The position numbers and the translations under genes are program-made. Shown in pieces: positions 46,348 through 55,940 of a stretch of DNA of 64,000 nt; within the stretch, counting starts at the first letter, position 1; the number at the start of each line of letters is the position of its first letter. Source of the stretch: Bacteroidota bacterium (GTDB lineage: Bacteria; Bacteroidota; Bacteroidia; Bacteroidales; NBLH01); assembly GCA_039714415.1 (NCBI GenBank), contig JBDLJL010000003.1, positions 10,276 through 74,275 of the forward strand, in the 5' to 3' direction. The notes under the pieces were generated by a model that saw only the letters and a program-made list of their open reading frames with translations, made no database searches and was not told the DNA's origin.

Positions 46348-48402
46348 TTTTTCAACCCTTATTCTGGCATCAACTGCAATAATTTGCTCACCTTCAGCAA
46401 GTAACGGATTAAGGTCTAATTCAATAATTTCAGGTGCAAAATGTAACAGGGCACTTAAACGGAGCATAATTTTAGCTAATTTCTTTTCATCGGCTCCTTT
46501 TTGTCCTCTAATTCCTTGTAGTATTTTATACGATTTTAATGATCTAATCATGGTTAAGGCTTCATTTTCGTTCAATGGAGCAAGTCCCGATGAAACATCT
46601 TTTAAAACCTCAATAAATATTCCGCCTAAACCAACAAGTATTATATGCCCAAAACCCTTCTCATATTTAGCTCCTACAAAAAGTTCTAAGCCTCTTAGCA
46701 TAGGTTGGACTAAAACCGCATCGGCATCAGTAATATCCATTAATTTATCAAAAGTAATACTCAGTTCTTCGTCCGATTCAACATTTAAAACAACTCCTCC
46801 AACATCTGATTTATGCACAGGCCCTACAACTTTCATCACTACAGGATAGCTTATTTCATTCATAAATCTATGAGCTGCTTCTTTGGATTTAAAAACACCT
46901 TCTTTGACCCTTGGTATAGCGACTGAATCAAGTAAGTGTTGTACTTTTTCGGGTTCTAAATATCCATTGGCTGATTCATTAATTATTTGACTGATTTTTT
47001 GTTCATCAACAAACGAAAAATTTAGTTCAGTATTGGCAGGTTTTGGTGTATTATAAACTTTGGTTAACGCATCACCCAAAACCACTTCATCAGGAAAATA
47101 TACGTTCCCTTTAGAAACAAACTCAGCTACTTCTTCTTTAGCTACCATTCCGGATGGTAATACAGGATAAATTGGTTTTAGACTGATTTTCATCTTATCA
47201 TCTAAAACTTTATAGGCATCAAAAACTTTAAAAAGTCCCGGTGTACCAAATATTACGACAATGGCATCAATCTCATCAAATTTTTTATTTACATATTCTA
47301 TTATTCTCTGTAGTTGTTCTGCTGTTCCGGTTGCTAAAAAATCAATAGGATTTGAAACTGAAGAGCCAGGAAATAATTCATCTAACAAGAACTTTGTATA
47401 TTCATTTTTAATTTCAGGTACTTTTAGTCCGCCTTTTGATAAAGCATCGGTAAGCATTACCGCAGGACCACCTGCATGGGTAACAATAGCAAAGTTTTTC
47501 CCTTTCGCTTCTTTTTGCATAAATACTGAAGCAACACTGATTAATTGGCTTCTACCATAGCACCTTATAATACCCGCTTTTTTAAATAATGCATCAACTG
47601 CTACATCTGAACTTGCTAATGCACCGGTATGTGACGATGCAGCACGACTACCTTCATCAGAACTTCCTGCTTTTATTGCGGCAATTTTACATCCTTTACG
47701 GATAAGTGAACTTGCATGTTTTAGCAACATTTGTGGTTTGTCAATATTCTCAAGATAAAGCAATTTCACTTTTGGACTTGTTTTTGGGTCAAAATTTTCG
47801 TCCATATATTTCAAAATGTCTTCAACCCCGGTTTGTGCACTATTTCCCACCGAAAATATATTGGCAAAAGATAAACCACGTGAAATACCTGTTTCCAGTA
47901 TAAAAACGGCAGTTGCCCCGGAACCGGATATAAAATCTACACCTTTCGGATCCATTTTTGGAATTGGTTCAGTGAAAACACCATGATAATTAGGTGTAAG
48001 TACGCCAACACCATTTGGACCAATCAAAACACCATTAACACTGTTTATTATTGTAACAATTTCATCCTCAATCTTTTTACCTTCTTCACCCATTTCACTG
48101 AAACCGGCGGAAATAATAATGAAGGCCCTGGTATTTTTTTCTTCAGCAAGAATCTTAATTACATGTGAACAGTATTTAGCAGCTATTGCAATAATTGCTA
48201 AATCAACTTGAGGTAAATCTTCAGGTTTTTGATAACAATTAATACCTTGAACACTTGTTTCTTTTGGATTAGTTACATGTAACTCACCATTAAATTTGCC
48301 GTCTATTAAATTTTTAAGAACCTTTCCACCTGGTTTATGAACATCATTGGATCCACCAATAACTACAATATTTTCGGGATTTAATAACTGTTTGTTTATC
48401 AT
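46342..48402 (-). CDS. ADP-forming acetyl/acyl-CoA synthetase (fused alpha-beta, NDP-forming family)
   Basis: An N-terminal CoA-binding/SCS-like region contains the phosphohistidine loop ASSHTGALASSD. A C-terminal ATP-grasp domain follows (YPVVMKVVGPVHKSDVGGV). Confidence 0.88.
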   Translation of the reverse strand: MINKQLLNPENIVVIGGSNDVHKPGGKVLKNLIDGKFNGELHVTNPKETSVQGINCYQKPEDLPQVDLAIIAIAAKYCSHVIKILAEEKNTRAFIIISAGFSEMGEEGKKIEDEIVTIINSVNGVLIGPNGVGVLTPNYHGVFTEPIPKMDPKGVDFISGSGATAVFILETGISRGLSFANIFSVGNSAQTGVEDILKYMDENFDPKTSPKVKLLYLENIDKPQMLLKHASSLIRKGCKIAAIKAGSSDEGSRAASSHTGALASSDVAVDALFKKAGIIRCYGRSQLISVASVFMQKEAKGKNFAIVTHAGGPAVMLTDALSKGGLKVPEIKNEYTKFLLDELFPGSSVSNPIDFLATGTAEQLQRIIEYVNKKFDEIDAIVVIFGTPGLFKVFDAYKVLDDKMKISLKPIYPVLPSGMVAKEEVAEFVSKGNVYFPDEVVLGDALTKVYNTPKPANTELNFSFVDEQKISQIINESANGYLEPEKVQHLLDSVAIPRVKEGVFKSKEAAHRFMNEISYPVVMKVVGPVHKSDVGGVVLNVESDEELSITFDKLMDITDADAVLVQPMLRGLELFVGAKYEKGFGHIILVGLGGIFIEVLKDVSSGLAPLNENEALTMIRSLKSYKILQGIRGQKGADEKKLAKIMLRLSALLHFAPEIIELDLNPLLAEGEQIIAVDARIRVEKN

Positions 48403-48534
48403 GGCTTTAAGCGTTGTTTTAATTTAAGCAAAGATAAGAATCCAAATGCTAAATAACCACCTAAATAGTCATTTTTTGTTATATAACATTTATTTTGTTA
48501 ATTTAGTTCAGTATAAATCTAAATATAGCATCCT

Positions 48535-49044
48535 ATGAGACTTTTATTATTTATTACCATGTTGACTGTTAACTTTTTGTATAGTGAGCTAAGCATTGCC
48601 CAAGAACCTAGAACAGCAAGTGAAAGTGCAAGTTCTACTAAAAAATTTAATTTTGCCGATAATGATAAAGGAACATCGATGATGCCCATAATGGGAGATG
48701 CATTACCTGTTATTAAATACATTGAAGATACCATGAAGGTTGAAATTGTCCGTTTGGAATATGACCTTATTTTTGATAAAAAAGTAACCTATAGAACTTT
48801 ATATAAAGAGTTGAAATACGGAATTGTGGCTATAGGTGATTACCGTATCAAAAGAATAAATGTGCATATATACAAAAAAGTTAATGATAAGTGGGATTTT
48901 ATCCGTAGTAGTAACAGCCAAAATTACCTTGCTATGGTAAATGAAGAACCTCTTGAAAACGGTGATTATTTATTTCAAATTGCTGTTGACCAGTTTGCTG
49001 AAGGGTATAAAGCTGGCCACTATGCTATTATTATTTATCATTAA
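48535..49044 (+). CDS. Hypothetical secreted protein
   Basis: A signal peptide is present (LLLFITMLTVNFLYSELSIAQ). No recognisable family. Confidence 0.5.
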   Translation: MRLLLFITMLTVNFLYSELSIAQEPRTASESASSTKKFNFADNDKGTSMMPIMGDALPVIKYIEDTMKVEIVRLEYDLIFDKKVTYRTLYKELKYGIVAIGDYRIKRINVHIYKKVNDKWDFIRSSNSQNYLAMVNEEPLENGDYLFQIAVDQFAEGYKAGHYAIIIYH

Positions 49045-49151
49045 AGGTAAGCACTAAAATTTAAAGTCCAAACCATTCGAATCATACAATCATGGATTTG
49101 ACTGTTTTCAAAAAGATAAAAGAATAAAGCTGAAAGTTTATTTAATCTTTT

Positions 49152-49159
49152 TATTTTTG
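49152..49159 (+). promoter_or_regulatory. Bacteroidota-type -7 box upstream of the MoxR gene
   Basis: TATTTTTG sits within TTATTTTTGTCCTTT (the same 15-mer as at 25291), 32 nt upstream of ATG 49192. Confidence 0.45.
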
Positions 49160-49191
49160 TCCTTTATCTTAAATAACAGTAAAAAAAATAT

Positions 49192-50163
49192 ATGAATTTT
49201 AAAAGTGATGTTGATGCAGTTGATGCATTAAGGAAGTCGAATGAACGCTTGATGTCAGAAATTACAAAAGCCATCTATGGTCAGGATCATATTATTCAAG
49301 AAGTACTTATATCACTTTTTAGTAATGGCCATTGCCTGTTGGTTGGAGTCCCGGGTTTAGCTAAAACTCTTTTAGTAAATACAATAGCAAATGTTTTAGG
49401 GCTAAAATATAACCGTATCCAATTTACACCTGATTTAATGCCTTCGGATATCACAGGTTCAGAGATATTAAATGAAGCACGGCAGTTTGAATTTATTAAA
49501 GGGCCTTTATTTGCAAATATTATTTTAGCAGATGAAATTAACCGTACACCACCTAAAACACAGGCCGCTTTGTTGGAAGCCATGCAGGAAAAAGCTGTTA
49601 CAGTTTCCGGAAAACGTTATACTTTAGACAAACCTTTTTTTGTTTTAGCTACGCAAAATCCAATTGAACAGGAAGGGACTTACCCTTTGCCAGAAGCACA
49701 GTTAGATCGTTTTATGTTTAATATATGGTTAGATTACCCAAAACTAAACGATGAAATTACTATTGTAAACAAAACAACCTCAGATTTAAATATTAATCTT
49801 GAACAAGTTGTTTCAGCTGAAGAAATACTTTATTTTCAAAAACTTATAAGGCGTGTACCAATAAACCCAAATGTTATTGAATATGCAGTAAAACTGGCTG
49901 CCAAAACAAGGCCAAATACGGATCATGCGCATTCTTTAACAAATCAATATCTTAACTGGGGGGCAGGGCCACGTGCATCACAATACCTGGTTCTTGGGGC
50001 AAAAACCCATTCGGTTCTAAATAATAAATATTCTCCTGATATTGAGGATGTTAAAGCTGTTGCAGCATCTATATTACGCCATAGAATAATAAGAAACTAT
50101 AAAGCTGAAGCAGAAGGAATTAGTGTTGATGAAATTATAAATGAATTAATGAGATCTTCCTAG
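49192..50163 (+). CDS. MoxR-family AAA+ ATPase
   Basis: Walker A GVPGLAKT, Walker B ILADEINR, and the VLATQNPIEQEGTYPLPEAQLDRF motif typical of MoxR. Confidence 0.92.
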   Translation: MNFKSDVDAVDALRKSNERLMSEITKAIYGQDHIIQEVLISLFSNGHCLLVGVPGLAKTLLVNTIANVLGLKYNRIQFTPDLMPSDITGSEILNEARQFEFIKGPLFANIILADEINRTPPKTQAALLEAMQEKAVTVSGKRYTLDKPFFVLATQNPIEQEGTYPLPEAQLDRFMFNIWLDYPKLNDEITIVNKTTSDLNINLEQVVSAEEILYFQKLIRRVPINPNVIEYAVKLAAKTRPNTDHAHSLTNQYLNWGAGPRASQYLVLGAKTHSVLNNKYSPDIEDVKAVAASILRHRIIRNYKAEAEGISVDEIINELMRSS

Positions 50164-50217
50164 AGGAATTTATAATTTTCGTTTTACAGTACTTTAAACA
50201 ATCTATAACTTTATTTA

Positions 50218-51852
50218 ATGCTTAGAAATTATTTCAAATACATTGTTTTATTAATAATCATTACACTCAATTATCCAGTAATAGGACAAGAAGCTAAAAT
50301 GATTGTCATTGAAAATTCACATTATCTGGAAGTTACTGAAGAATTAGGTCCTGATGTGAAGGTACTTAAAGAAAATGTAATTTTAAATCATGACTCGGCT
50401 TATATGTATTGCGATAGTGCATATTTTAATACTAATGAAAATTCATTTATTGCTTTTGGTCATATACATGTAATTAGCCCAACAGAAGACCTTACTGATA
50501 CGGTTCATTTATTTGGGGATTCATTATACTATTCAGGCCAGAATAAATTGGCAGAGGTAAGATATAATGTGGTTCTGCAAAAGGATAGCATGGTATTAAA
50601 CACCGAAAACCTGGATTATAAAATGGATGAAAATATTGGTTATTATTTTGATGGTGGCAGAACGCTTAATGGTGAGGATACGCTTATAAGCAAAAAAGGT
50701 TATTATTATGCTGATTTGGATGAATTAAACTTTAAAGACTCTGTTGTAGTTCTAAATCCAGGTTACACCATGTATTCTGATACCTTAAAACATCATACAA
50801 AGAAGAAATTATCATATATTTTGGGCCCAACTAATATTGTTGCCTCAGATACCTCAAGTAATCTTTATAGTGAAAGAGGATGGTATAATCACATCCGGGA
50901 TATTGGTATATTAAACAAAAACCCTGTTCTTACACATAAAAGGCAAACCATTGTAGGTGATAGTATATTTTATGATAGAAAAAAGGGCATGGGAATAGCA
51001 TATGAGAATGTTACAATAGCGGATTCTGTACAAAATGTTCGCTTAAAAGGTAATCTTGGCAAATATTATGAATTCACAGAAAGTTCTGTTATAACAGATA
51101 GTGCCCTATTTATCCATATACAGGATAATGATTCATTATTTATGCATGCTGACACGATACGCTCTATAATGGACACACTGGTTACAAAAACAGATACAAC
51201 CACCTTCAGGTTGATAAAAGCGTACTATAAATCAAAGGTGTTTCGGTCAGATTTTCAGGCGAAAAGTGATTCGCTAATATATACTTTTTTAGACTCTACT
51301 ATTAAATTATATAGAGAACCTGTACTTTGGTCAGGGAAAAATCAATTAACGGCTGATTATATTGAAATTCAAACAGACAGTAATGAAGTAAATAAAGTCA
51401 TACTTCTTAACAATTCCATGATGGCTTCAAAATCTGATACAAATAGCTTTAATCAGATAAAAGGTAAAAAAATGATTGGTCATCTTAAAGATAGTGAATT
51501 ATACCAAATTGATGTGGAAAGTGAAAGTGGTGTCATTTACTTTATGATGGATAAAGAAAAACTAATTGGAATTAATAAGTTGAAGTGCACTAATATGATC
51601 ATTTATTTGGTAAATAATGAAATGGAAGATATATGGTTTTACGACAACCCGGAAGGGACTATGTATCCACCAAAAGATGTAAGTTCGGACGAAAGAGTGT
51701 TTAAAAATTTTATGTGGCTAAAAAAATTCAGGCCGGAAAAATGGCAAGATGTATTTATCTGGGGGGGGAATAAGGTAGTTTCAAAAAAAGAAGTGATTGA
51801 TTTGGAAAGTAAAAAGGCCAAGAAAATTTTAGATAAAAAAACCGACTACTAA
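50218..51852 (+). CDS. OstA-like (LptA/LptD N-terminal beta-jellyroll repeat) secreted protein
   Basis: A signal peptide is followed by repeated segments of the form ...DSAYMYCDSAYFN...F.AFG.V..., as in OstA-like proteins. The assignment is by pattern only. The gene contains a G8 run at 51761-51768. Confidence 0.5.
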   Translation: MLRNYFKYIVLLIIITLNYPVIGQEAKMIVIENSHYLEVTEELGPDVKVLKENVILNHDSAYMYCDSAYFNTNENSFIAFGHIHVISPTEDLTDTVHLFGDSLYYSGQNKLAEVRYNVVLQKDSMVLNTENLDYKMDENIGYYFDGGRTLNGEDTLISKKGYYYADLDELNFKDSVVVLNPGYTMYSDTLKHHTKKKLSYILGPTNIVASDTSSNLYSERGWYNHIRDIGILNKNPVLTHKRQTIVGDSIFYDRKKGMGIAYENVTIADSVQNVRLKGNLGKYYEFTESSVITDSALFIHIQDNDSLFMHADTIRSIMDTLVTKTDTTTFRLIKAYYKSKVFRSDFQAKSDSLIYTFLDSTIKLYREPVLWSGKNQLTADYIEIQTDSNEVNKVILLNNSMMASKSDTNSFNQIKGKKMIGHLKDSELYQIDVESESGVIYFMMDKEKLIGINKLKCTNMIIYLVNNEMEDIWFYDNPEGTMYPPKDVSSDERVFKNFMWLKKFRPEKWQDVFIWGGNKVVSKKEVIDLESKKAKKILDKKTDY

Positions 51853-51873
51853 AAAGAAGCCGGTCATTTAATT

Positions 51874-52095
51874 TTAATATTCATCTTCATGAAAGAAAAA
51901 ATCATCCTTACTTGGATAATCCGGCCAAATGTCCTCAATACTTTCATATGATTCTCCTTCATCTTCAATCTCCTGAAGATTTTCTATCACCTCTAGTGGT
52001 GAACCTGACCTGATGGCAAAATCAATTAATTCTTCTTTTGTTGCCGGCCAAGGTGCATCCTCAAGTTTTGAAGCTAATTCTAAGGTCCAATACAT
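51874..52095 (-). CDS. DUF2795-family small acidic protein
   Basis: The motif order APWPATKEELIDFAIRSGSPLEVIENLQEI is typical of DUF2795. Confidence 0.7.
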   Translation of the reverse strand: MYWTLELASKLEDAPWPATKEELIDFAIRSGSPLEVIENLQEIEDEGESYESIEDIWPDYPSKDDFFFHEDEY

Positions 52096-52127
52096 ATCTT
52101 AATTTTTTACTAATTTTAAATTTTGCG

Positions 52128-52135
52128 CAAATATA
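52128..52135 (-). promoter_or_regulatory. Bacteroidota-type -7 box upstream of the DUF2795 gene
   Basis: The minus strand reads TATATTTG, 32 nt upstream of start 52095. Confidence 0.4.
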
Positions 52136-52344
52136 TAAAAAAAACGAATCTAAAAGATTTTTACTATAAATTGTTTAACGCAAAAAAATAAATTATTGTA
52201 TATATTGTCATGAAAATTTGAATTAGTTGTCATACTTTTAAAAAAAGGATATACTAATATTCAATAAAAACTTATTTGTTAGCAAAGATTACACTAGTGA
52301 GTAATTATTGGCATTTTCTTGCGGACACAAATAAAAAAAGAAAC

Positions 52345-52388
52345 GTAACCAATATCCAATACAAACTAATCCAATACCAATTAATCTT
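52345..52388. repeat. Heptamer-repeat block (CCAATA-like)
   Basis: The units read AACCAAT ATCCAAT ACAAACT AATCCAAT ACCAATT AATC. Confidence 0.55.
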
Positions 52389-52404
52389 TCAAATAGCTGA
52401 CAAT

Positions 52405-53079
52405 CTATACTACCCAGGTATCCAAATCTAGTATATCAAAGAATATAACACCCTGTACTATAAAACGTATTAGCCTGCTGGTACCATATATCAGGAACTT
52501 TTTAAAAGGATATCTAAATACACTTACTGCTATGGTTACCATAGAGAATGGAGAGAATGGGAATAAAGCGGCAATTATAATAAAAGCTCCACCCCATTTT
52601 TGAACAAACAAAATATATTTTTGTAGCATTTTTTCTGTGTATACTTTTATTCTTTTTCTTCTTGAAATCCAAAATCCTATTTTATAAGAAATGATACCTC
52701 CAATATAAGACAAAACCCCTAATAAAAACAAATAGATTATAGGTTGTTTAAATTTTGTTGTCCATATCATAAATAAGTCAACAGGAACCAAACCAAGAAA
52801 TGATTCAGAAATAAAAAAAATAATAAGAACCAGTTTGTCAGAAAATTTGTCAACAGAAAACTGAAATAAAGGTTTAAGGTCCAGTAAATATTTACCTATT
52901 AATATAAGAAGAATAATTAAAAATGCATATACTAATATAATTTTCAAAATATTTATACCCACAAATTTATATAGTCCCTTTCCTTTATAGTGTATATGTA
53001 ATTTTTGAATTTTATCTTTAATTTGGCTAAAATATGAGTTGAACTTTACTTCCATAGTTTGAATATTACTATTTTTCAT
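52405..53079 (-). CDS. Membrane protein, VTT/DedA/YqaA-like
   Basis: 5-6 TM helices. FISESFLGLVPVDLFMIW resembles the VTT-domain re-entrant loop. This is a weak call. Confidence 0.45.
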   Translation of the reverse strand: MKNSNIQTMEVKFNSYFSQIKDKIQKLHIHYKGKGLYKFVGINILKIILVYAFLIILLILIGKYLLDLKPLFQFSVDKFSDKLVLIIFFISESFLGLVPVDLFMIWTTKFKQPIIYLFLLGVLSYIGGIISYKIGFWISRRKRIKVYTEKMLQKYILFVQKWGGAFIIIAALFPFSPFSMVTIAVSVFRYPFKKFLIYGTSRLIRFIVQGVIFFDILDLDTWVV

Positions 53080-53086
53080 GTTAAAA

Positions 53087-53635
53087 TCAGGATTCAGGAT
53101 CCCAAATTACCTCGTCAACATTAAAATCGAATGCGATTTTTCTGGAAAGAAGGAAAAAATAATCAGATAGCCTGTTTACATATTTAATAATATTCGTGTC
53201 TATTTCTACTTCATCAGCTAGCTTAACAATTAAACGTTCAGCTCTTCGGCAAATACTCCGACATACATGGCTATAAGCAACAGACGAACTGCCACCAGGA
53301 AGAACAAAGCTTTTTAATTTTGGTGTTACAGCATCAATTTTATCCATCTCTTTTTCCAGTAAAACAATATCTTCTTCTTTTAATTCAGGAAGTTTAAAAG
53401 AGCTTTTTTTTTTGCCCATTGCTAATTTTGAGCCAATATTGAATAGCTTATTTTGTATTTTAAACAAGAATATGGCATCATCTTTATTTAATTCTCCAGA
53501 CCTTAGCAAACCTACAAACGAGTTTAATTCATCAATTGTACCGTAAGCTTCAATCCGGATATTATATTTTGATACCCTTTCACCACTTAAAAGCGATGTT
53601 TGGCCTTTGTCGCCTGTTTTAGTATAAATTTTCAT
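53087..53635 (-). CDS. ATP:cob(I)alamin adenosyltransferase, PduO type
   Basis: MKIYTKTGDKGQTSL, EAYGTIDELNS and FVLPGGS motifs are present. Confidence 0.9.
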   Translation of the reverse strand: MKIYTKTGDKGQTSLLSGERVSKYNIRIEAYGTIDELNSFVGLLRSGELNKDDAIFLFKIQNKLFNIGSKLAMGKKKSSFKLPELKEEDIVLLEKEMDKIDAVTPKLKSFVLPGGSSSVAYSHVCRSICRRAERLIVKLADEVEIDTNIIKYVNRLSDYFFLLSRKIAFDFNVDEVIWDPES

Positions 53636-53663
53636 AGATCAAAATTAATTGTGACTATAGAAA

Positions 53664-54368
53664 TTAAATAGTAGCAATAATTTCCTCATTGACTTCATCA
53701 GACTCAACCTCACCATCACGTAGACGGATAATTCTATGAGCATGTTTGGCTATTTCCTCTTCATGTGTTACCAATATAATGGTATTTCCCATTCCGTGAA
53801 TTTGTGCAAACAGATGCATGATATCAATAGACGTTTTTGAATCCAGGTTACCGGTGGGCTCATCTGCTAAAATTATTGATGGTTTATTCACTAAAGCCCT
53901 TGCTACAGCAACACGTTGTCTTTGTCCTCCTGAAAGCTCATTGGGTTTGTGTGTTACCCTGTCTGTTAATCCCACATTATCAAGCACTTCTAAAGCCCTG
54001 TTTTTTCGTTCTTCTTTAGTCGCACCAGCATATATTAAGGGTAACATTACATTTTCCAAAGCGGTATACCTGGGCATAAGGTTAAAAGTTTGAAAAACAA
54101 AACCAATCTCCTTATTTCGTATTTCAGCCAAACGGTCATCTTCTAATTTTCCAACTTCTGTGCCATTTAAAATATAGCTACCACCAGTTGGAGTATCTAA
54201 ACATCCAATAATATTCATTAAGGTTGATTTTCCTGAACCTGAAGGGCCCATGATAGCAACATATTCACCGGCATTAATTGTCACACTGATATTTCTAATT
54301 GCTTTTACTACCTGGGTTCCAACTTGATAGAATTTTTTCAATTCTACGCATCTAATCATTTCTGCCAT
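53664..54368 (-). CDS. ABC transporter ATP-binding protein (MacB/LolD-like)
   Basis: [24 protein letters not shown] and [11 protein letters not shown] are present. No cognate permease gene is adjacent in this window. Confidence 0.9.
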   Translation of the reverse strand: MAEMIRCVELKKFYQVGTQVVKAIRNISVTINAGEYVAIMGPSGSGKSTLMNIIGCLDTPTGGSYILNGTEVGKLEDDRLAEIRNKEIGFVFQTFNLMPRYTALENVMLPLIYAGATKEERKNRALEVLDNVGLTDRVTHKPNELSGGQRQRVAVARALVNKPSIILADEPTGNLDSKTSIDIMHLFAQIHGMGNTIILVTHEEEIAKHAHRIIRLRDGEVESDEVNEEIIATI

Positions 54369-54467
54369 ACTAAACTATTTTTTGCTAAAATATAAAATTT
54401 AATTTTCTAAAACCTAATTGTTCTATATATTTACTTAAAATAGTAAAAAACCATTAATTATTAACCA

Positions 54468-55106
54468 ATGAACGAACTAACACCATTTTCAAAACAGGCT
54501 TTAAGTATTTTAAGAGACCCTTCAACATTACAATGGTATGTGATTCCATTGCTGGCACTAACTTTTTATGTGTATGCAAATGAAATTGAACGAAAAAACT
54601 GGAATCTGATTTTGGCCGGTTTGGCATTTTGGGGTATGGACTGGATTAATGAAATTATAAATTCATTGATATTTCATTTTACTGAATATGCTCCATTATG
54701 GTGTGCACCTGGTAAAACAGCCTACCTGATTCTTGTTGGATTAAATATAGAAATTGCCTTTATGTTTTCGATTGCGGGAATTGTTTGGGCTAAAATGCTA
54801 CCAGATGATAAGAACCTGAAAATACTGGGTATGAACAACCGTCTATTCATTGCCATAACTGGTTCCATTTTCTCTGTTGTTGTTGAGATTTTCCTTAATC
54901 TGGCCGATATGCTTACCTGGGACTACAGTTGGTGGAATATTAGCGCTCCATGGTTGATCATCATTTTTGGTTATTTGACTTTTTTTGTGGTTGCTTTTTG
55001 GGTTTACGATATGAAAACCATGAAACAAAAAATAACAACTGTGGGTGTTATATATACTATTGTGCTGTTAAGTGTTATTGTTTTTGGTAGTTTGGGGTGG
55101 ATATAG
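54468..55106 (+). CDS. Hypothetical 6-TM membrane protein
   Basis: 212 aa with Trp-rich hydrophobic helices. No family recognised. Confidence 0.5.
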   Translation: MNELTPFSKQALSILRDPSTLQWYVIPLLALTFYVYANEIERKNWNLILAGLAFWGMDWINEIINSLIFHFTEYAPLWCAPGKTAYLILVGLNIEIAFMFSIAGIVWAKMLPDDKNLKILGMNNRLFIAITGSIFSVVVEIFLNLADMLTWDYSWWNISAPWLIIIFGYLTFFVVAFWVYDMKTMKQKITTVGVIYTIVLLSVIVFGSLGWI

Positions 55107-55120
55107 TTTCATGGAGTGGT

Positions 55121-55915
55121 TTATAAATATTTAATCACAAAATGCTCCCTACTTAATTCTTTCCTGAAAAACACAATACCCATTTGAAACAGATCTATTG
55201 TTACTTTTGTTTTTGGATGGGATTTAATATGTTCCCATGCTTTTTCCATGTCGTTAGACCAATGAATATCATCAAAAATAAATACAGAATCGTTTGTTTT
55301 TTTTGTAAGGCATTGCTCAAAATAGTTTAGTGTAGGTTCCATTTTATGGTTCCCGTCAAAGTAAACCAAATCCAGTCCTGGTATTTCATTTAACACCTTT
55401 GGTAAAGCCTGATCGAACAAATCATTAATAAATACAACATTAGTTAAACCTGCTTGTTCAAAAGTTCTTTTTGCCTTTTTATAAACTGATGAGTCTCCTT
55501 CAATAGTATAAACATTTGCTTTTTGAGAATATGCCATGTACATAGTTCCAATACCCAATGATGTTCCTAGTTCAAGGATGTTTTTCAAATCAAAATAGTC
55601 AACCATCCTAAAAAGTAGGTTTCCATATTTTTCTTGAGTGGATGAAACTTTGGCTATGTTCCTGATACTTCTTTCCCTGCTTTTAAAAACTTGTGAACCG
55701 GCGCCATAGTCACCCATTTGGATACGGCTTCGATCTTTCTTATGTTTTTTAATAATTGAGCTAATTTCTTTGAGACGAGGATTCTTTTTATTCGAAAAAA
55801 TAACTTCTTGCGTAAAATTATACAGGAAAGGTGAGTGTATTCCGTGGCCTTTGTAATACCTTGATTTAATGAGATATTTAAAATATCTTGCAGCAAAAGT
55901 TAGTTGCTTTATCAT
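55121..55915 (-). CDS. Class I SAM-dependent (O-)methyltransferase
   Basis: ILELGTSLGIGT (motif I), VYTIEGD and the LVYFDGNH pattern are present. Confidence 0.7.
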   Translation of the reverse strand: MIKQLTFAARYFKYLIKSRYYKGHGIHSPFLYNFTQEVIFSNKKNPRLKEISSIIKKHKKDRSRIQMGDYGAGSQVFKSRERSIRNIAKVSSTQEKYGNLLFRMVDYFDLKNILELGTSLGIGTMYMAYSQKANVYTIEGDSSVYKKAKRTFEQAGLTNVVFINDLFDQALPKVLNEIPGLDLVYFDGNHKMEPTLNYFEQCLTKKTNDSVFIFDDIHWSNDMEKAWEHIKSHPKTKVTIDLFQMGIVFFRKELSREHFVIKYL

Positions 55916-55940
55916 TAGATTTTAACCTTATAGAACTTAT

